DNA of 56,246 nucleotides from a virus (Duplodnaviria; Caudoviricetes): IMG/VR virus record IMGVR_UViG_3300029448_000047, positions 1 to 56,246 of that record; one strand, 5' to 3'. Shown piece by piece: positions 55,122 to 56,246 of this stretch (position 1 is its first letter; each line of letters starts with the position of its first letter). The notes under the pieces were generated by a model. It saw only the letters and a program-made list of their open reading frames with translations, ran no database searches and was not told where the DNA came from. The position numbers and the translations under genes were made by a program.

Positions 55122-55148
55122 ATACGTTAACCAGAAAGAGGAAAGACA

Positions 55149-55394
55149 ATGCCAGATATTTATTGCGGACACTGTGGCGAACCATGGGAAATGGACACGC
55201 TACATGATGTAGTAAGCGAGGGTAACGCAACGAACTACCGAGATGCTGCTCACAAGTTCACTAAGTTCGGATGCGGCATCATGATGTACCCCACGGCCGG
55301 CACATGTACTAATCCGGTAGTGGATCAATACGCGGCCGACCGTGCTAGGGTAAACCATATCATGTCACCCCATCCAGATGAATGGATGGAATAG
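55149..55394 (+). CDS. Early small Cys-containing (zinc-ribbon-like) protein
   Basis: DIYCGHCGEPW motif; GAGG SD. Confidence 0.75.
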   Translation: MPDIYCGHCGEPWEMDTLHDVVSEGNATNYRDAAHKFTKFGCGIMMYPTAGTCTNPVVDQYAADRARVNHIMSPHPDEWME

Positions 55395-55398
55395 AACC

Positions 55399-55423
55399 AG
55401 GGGCCCTTCGGGGCCCTTTTTTT
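55399..55423 (+). terminator. Rho-independent terminator
   Basis: GGGCCC-TTCG-GGGCCC followed by T7. Confidence 0.88.
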
Positions 55424-55465
55424 ATGCCGCGTTGGGCGCGATCCGCGCCGGCCGGCGGACGCGCA

Positions 55466-55595
55466 GGGCGCAGACATGCAAGCGACCGACCCTGGCTAGC
55501 GGGGGCGCAGACATCTATATATTACCCTGGCTAGCGGGGGCGCAGACATATCGGCCGGCCGGCCGGCTAGCGGGGGCGCAGACCTGCGACCCTGG
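55466..55595. repeat. GC-rich direct repeats (iteron-like)
   Basis: ACCCTGGCTAGCGGGGGCGCAGACAT at 55489 and 55524; GGCTAGCGGGGGCGCAGAC at 55565; partial GGGCGCAGACAT at 55466. Confidence 0.85.
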
Positions 55596-55710
55596 AATCG
55601 AATACCTCGATGTATTTTTGACTATATAGACCTACAAATATGTTGCCGCTGCGCGACCGATACTATAGACTAAACCTACGTTAACCAGAAATAGGAAAGG
55701 AATCCGACTC

Positions 55711-56246
55711 ATGAAATCCGGTATCATATACAAAGGGCAAAGCCTCTTGAATGGTAAACCAGTTGTTGCCATTGCAACATATAGCGACCGCAACACAAAG
55801 ACAGGCAAGGTTTTACAGACCTATATAATCCGGTCTGACATCTCCCCTCTTGATGCAAGCAAGACAGGCGCAGACTTCTCTATCTGTGGTGACTGTAAAT
55901 TCAGGGGGACACCGACAACAGACCCTAAGCGCAAGCAAGCAGTCAAGCGTGACTGTTATGTTAACCTCGGGCAAGGCCCGACCATTGTATATAAATCATT
56001 CTTACGTGGTACTTATCCCATGGCAGATAACAGGGGGGATCGCATGACACTAGGGGCCGGCCGTGTTGTTAGGCTTGGCACGTATGGGGATCCTGCAGCA
56101 ATTCCATCATGGGTATGGGATCAACTATTGACCAGTTGCGCGACTCATCTGGCATACACGCATCAATCCGGCTTTCGTCCAGATATTGCAATGCAAAGCG
56201 CAGACACCAAAGCGCAAGCGGTCGCACATTGGAACAACGGCCGGCG
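55711..56246 (+). CDS. Gp88-like Cys-cluster protein (3' truncated by the window end)
   Basis: Translated by hand: MKSGIIYKG...RNTKTG...SICGDC...CYV...RLGTYGDP...YTH; AGGAAAGG SD; open to the window end. Confidence 0.65.
   Translation, partial: MKSGIIYKGQSLLNGKPVVAIATYSDRNTKTGKVLQTYIIRSDISPLDASKTGADFSICGDCKFRGTPTTDPKRKQAVKRDCYVNLGQGPTIVYKSFLRGTYPMADNRGDRMTLGAGRVVRLGTYGDPAAIPSWVWDQLLTSCATHLAYTHQSGFRPDIAMQSADTKAQAVAHWNNGR

Larger units (their letters stand above)
1..56246. mobile_element. Tailed dsDNA bacteriophage genome (podovirus-like), near complete
   Basis: Terminase large subunit, portal, major capsid, endolysin, PolA, primase and helicases arranged in modules; no host housekeeping genes; early-type small genes at both ends suggest circular permutation. 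Confidence 0.95.

Noticed and set aside
55466-55595. Possible mini-CRISPR array
   Set aside because: Intervening sequences are only ~9-17 nt and low complexity; no cas genes
55378-55629. 83-aa ORF across the repeat block
   Set aside because: Spans a strong terminator and simply translates the DNA repeats
1-56246. tRNA, rRNA, integrase, introns/inteins
   Set aside because: None recognised by eye; PolA, TerL and the helicases are of ordinary length; tRNAscan and HMM searches were not run

Overview
The window is a near-complete, apparently circularly permuted dsDNA tailed-phage genome with a podovirus-like gene set. A marine alphaproteobacterial host is inferred from the gene families, not shown. 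Left arm (1-14.5 kb, mostly +): small early/middle genes, a C5 cytosine methyltransferase with a second protein nested in another frame, a PAPS-reductase-family protein, an inverted SNF2 helicase operon, and a replication operon (SSB-like protein, AEP primase, AlpA-like HTH, UvrD-like helicase, family A DNA polymerase). Centre (14.5-54.1 kb, all -): a late operon read from the right as HlyC-like acyltransferase, 1597-aa repetitive protein, terminase large subunit, portal, lysis genes, GroES, scaffold, major capsid protein, small basic proteins, head-tail and tail genes with three paralogous six-repeat propeller proteins, and ejection/internal proteins. Right end (54.1-56.2 kb, +): the strand switch, early genes separated by hairpins, GC-rich direct repeats, and a truncated Gp88-like gene. 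The strongest unexplained signals are: (1) a replication-operon protein carrying a protein-level copy of the major capsid N-terminus with almost all shared codons synonymously diverged; (2) the dual-frame M.EcoHK31I-type methyltransferase with three tandem WPTP modules; (3) an RTX-type acyltransferase homologue abutting a giant repetitive late protein; (4) a candidate antisense hairpin sRNA. All assignments come from motif recognition by eye; no searches were run. No integrase, tRNA, CRISPR array or recognisable small terminase was seen.
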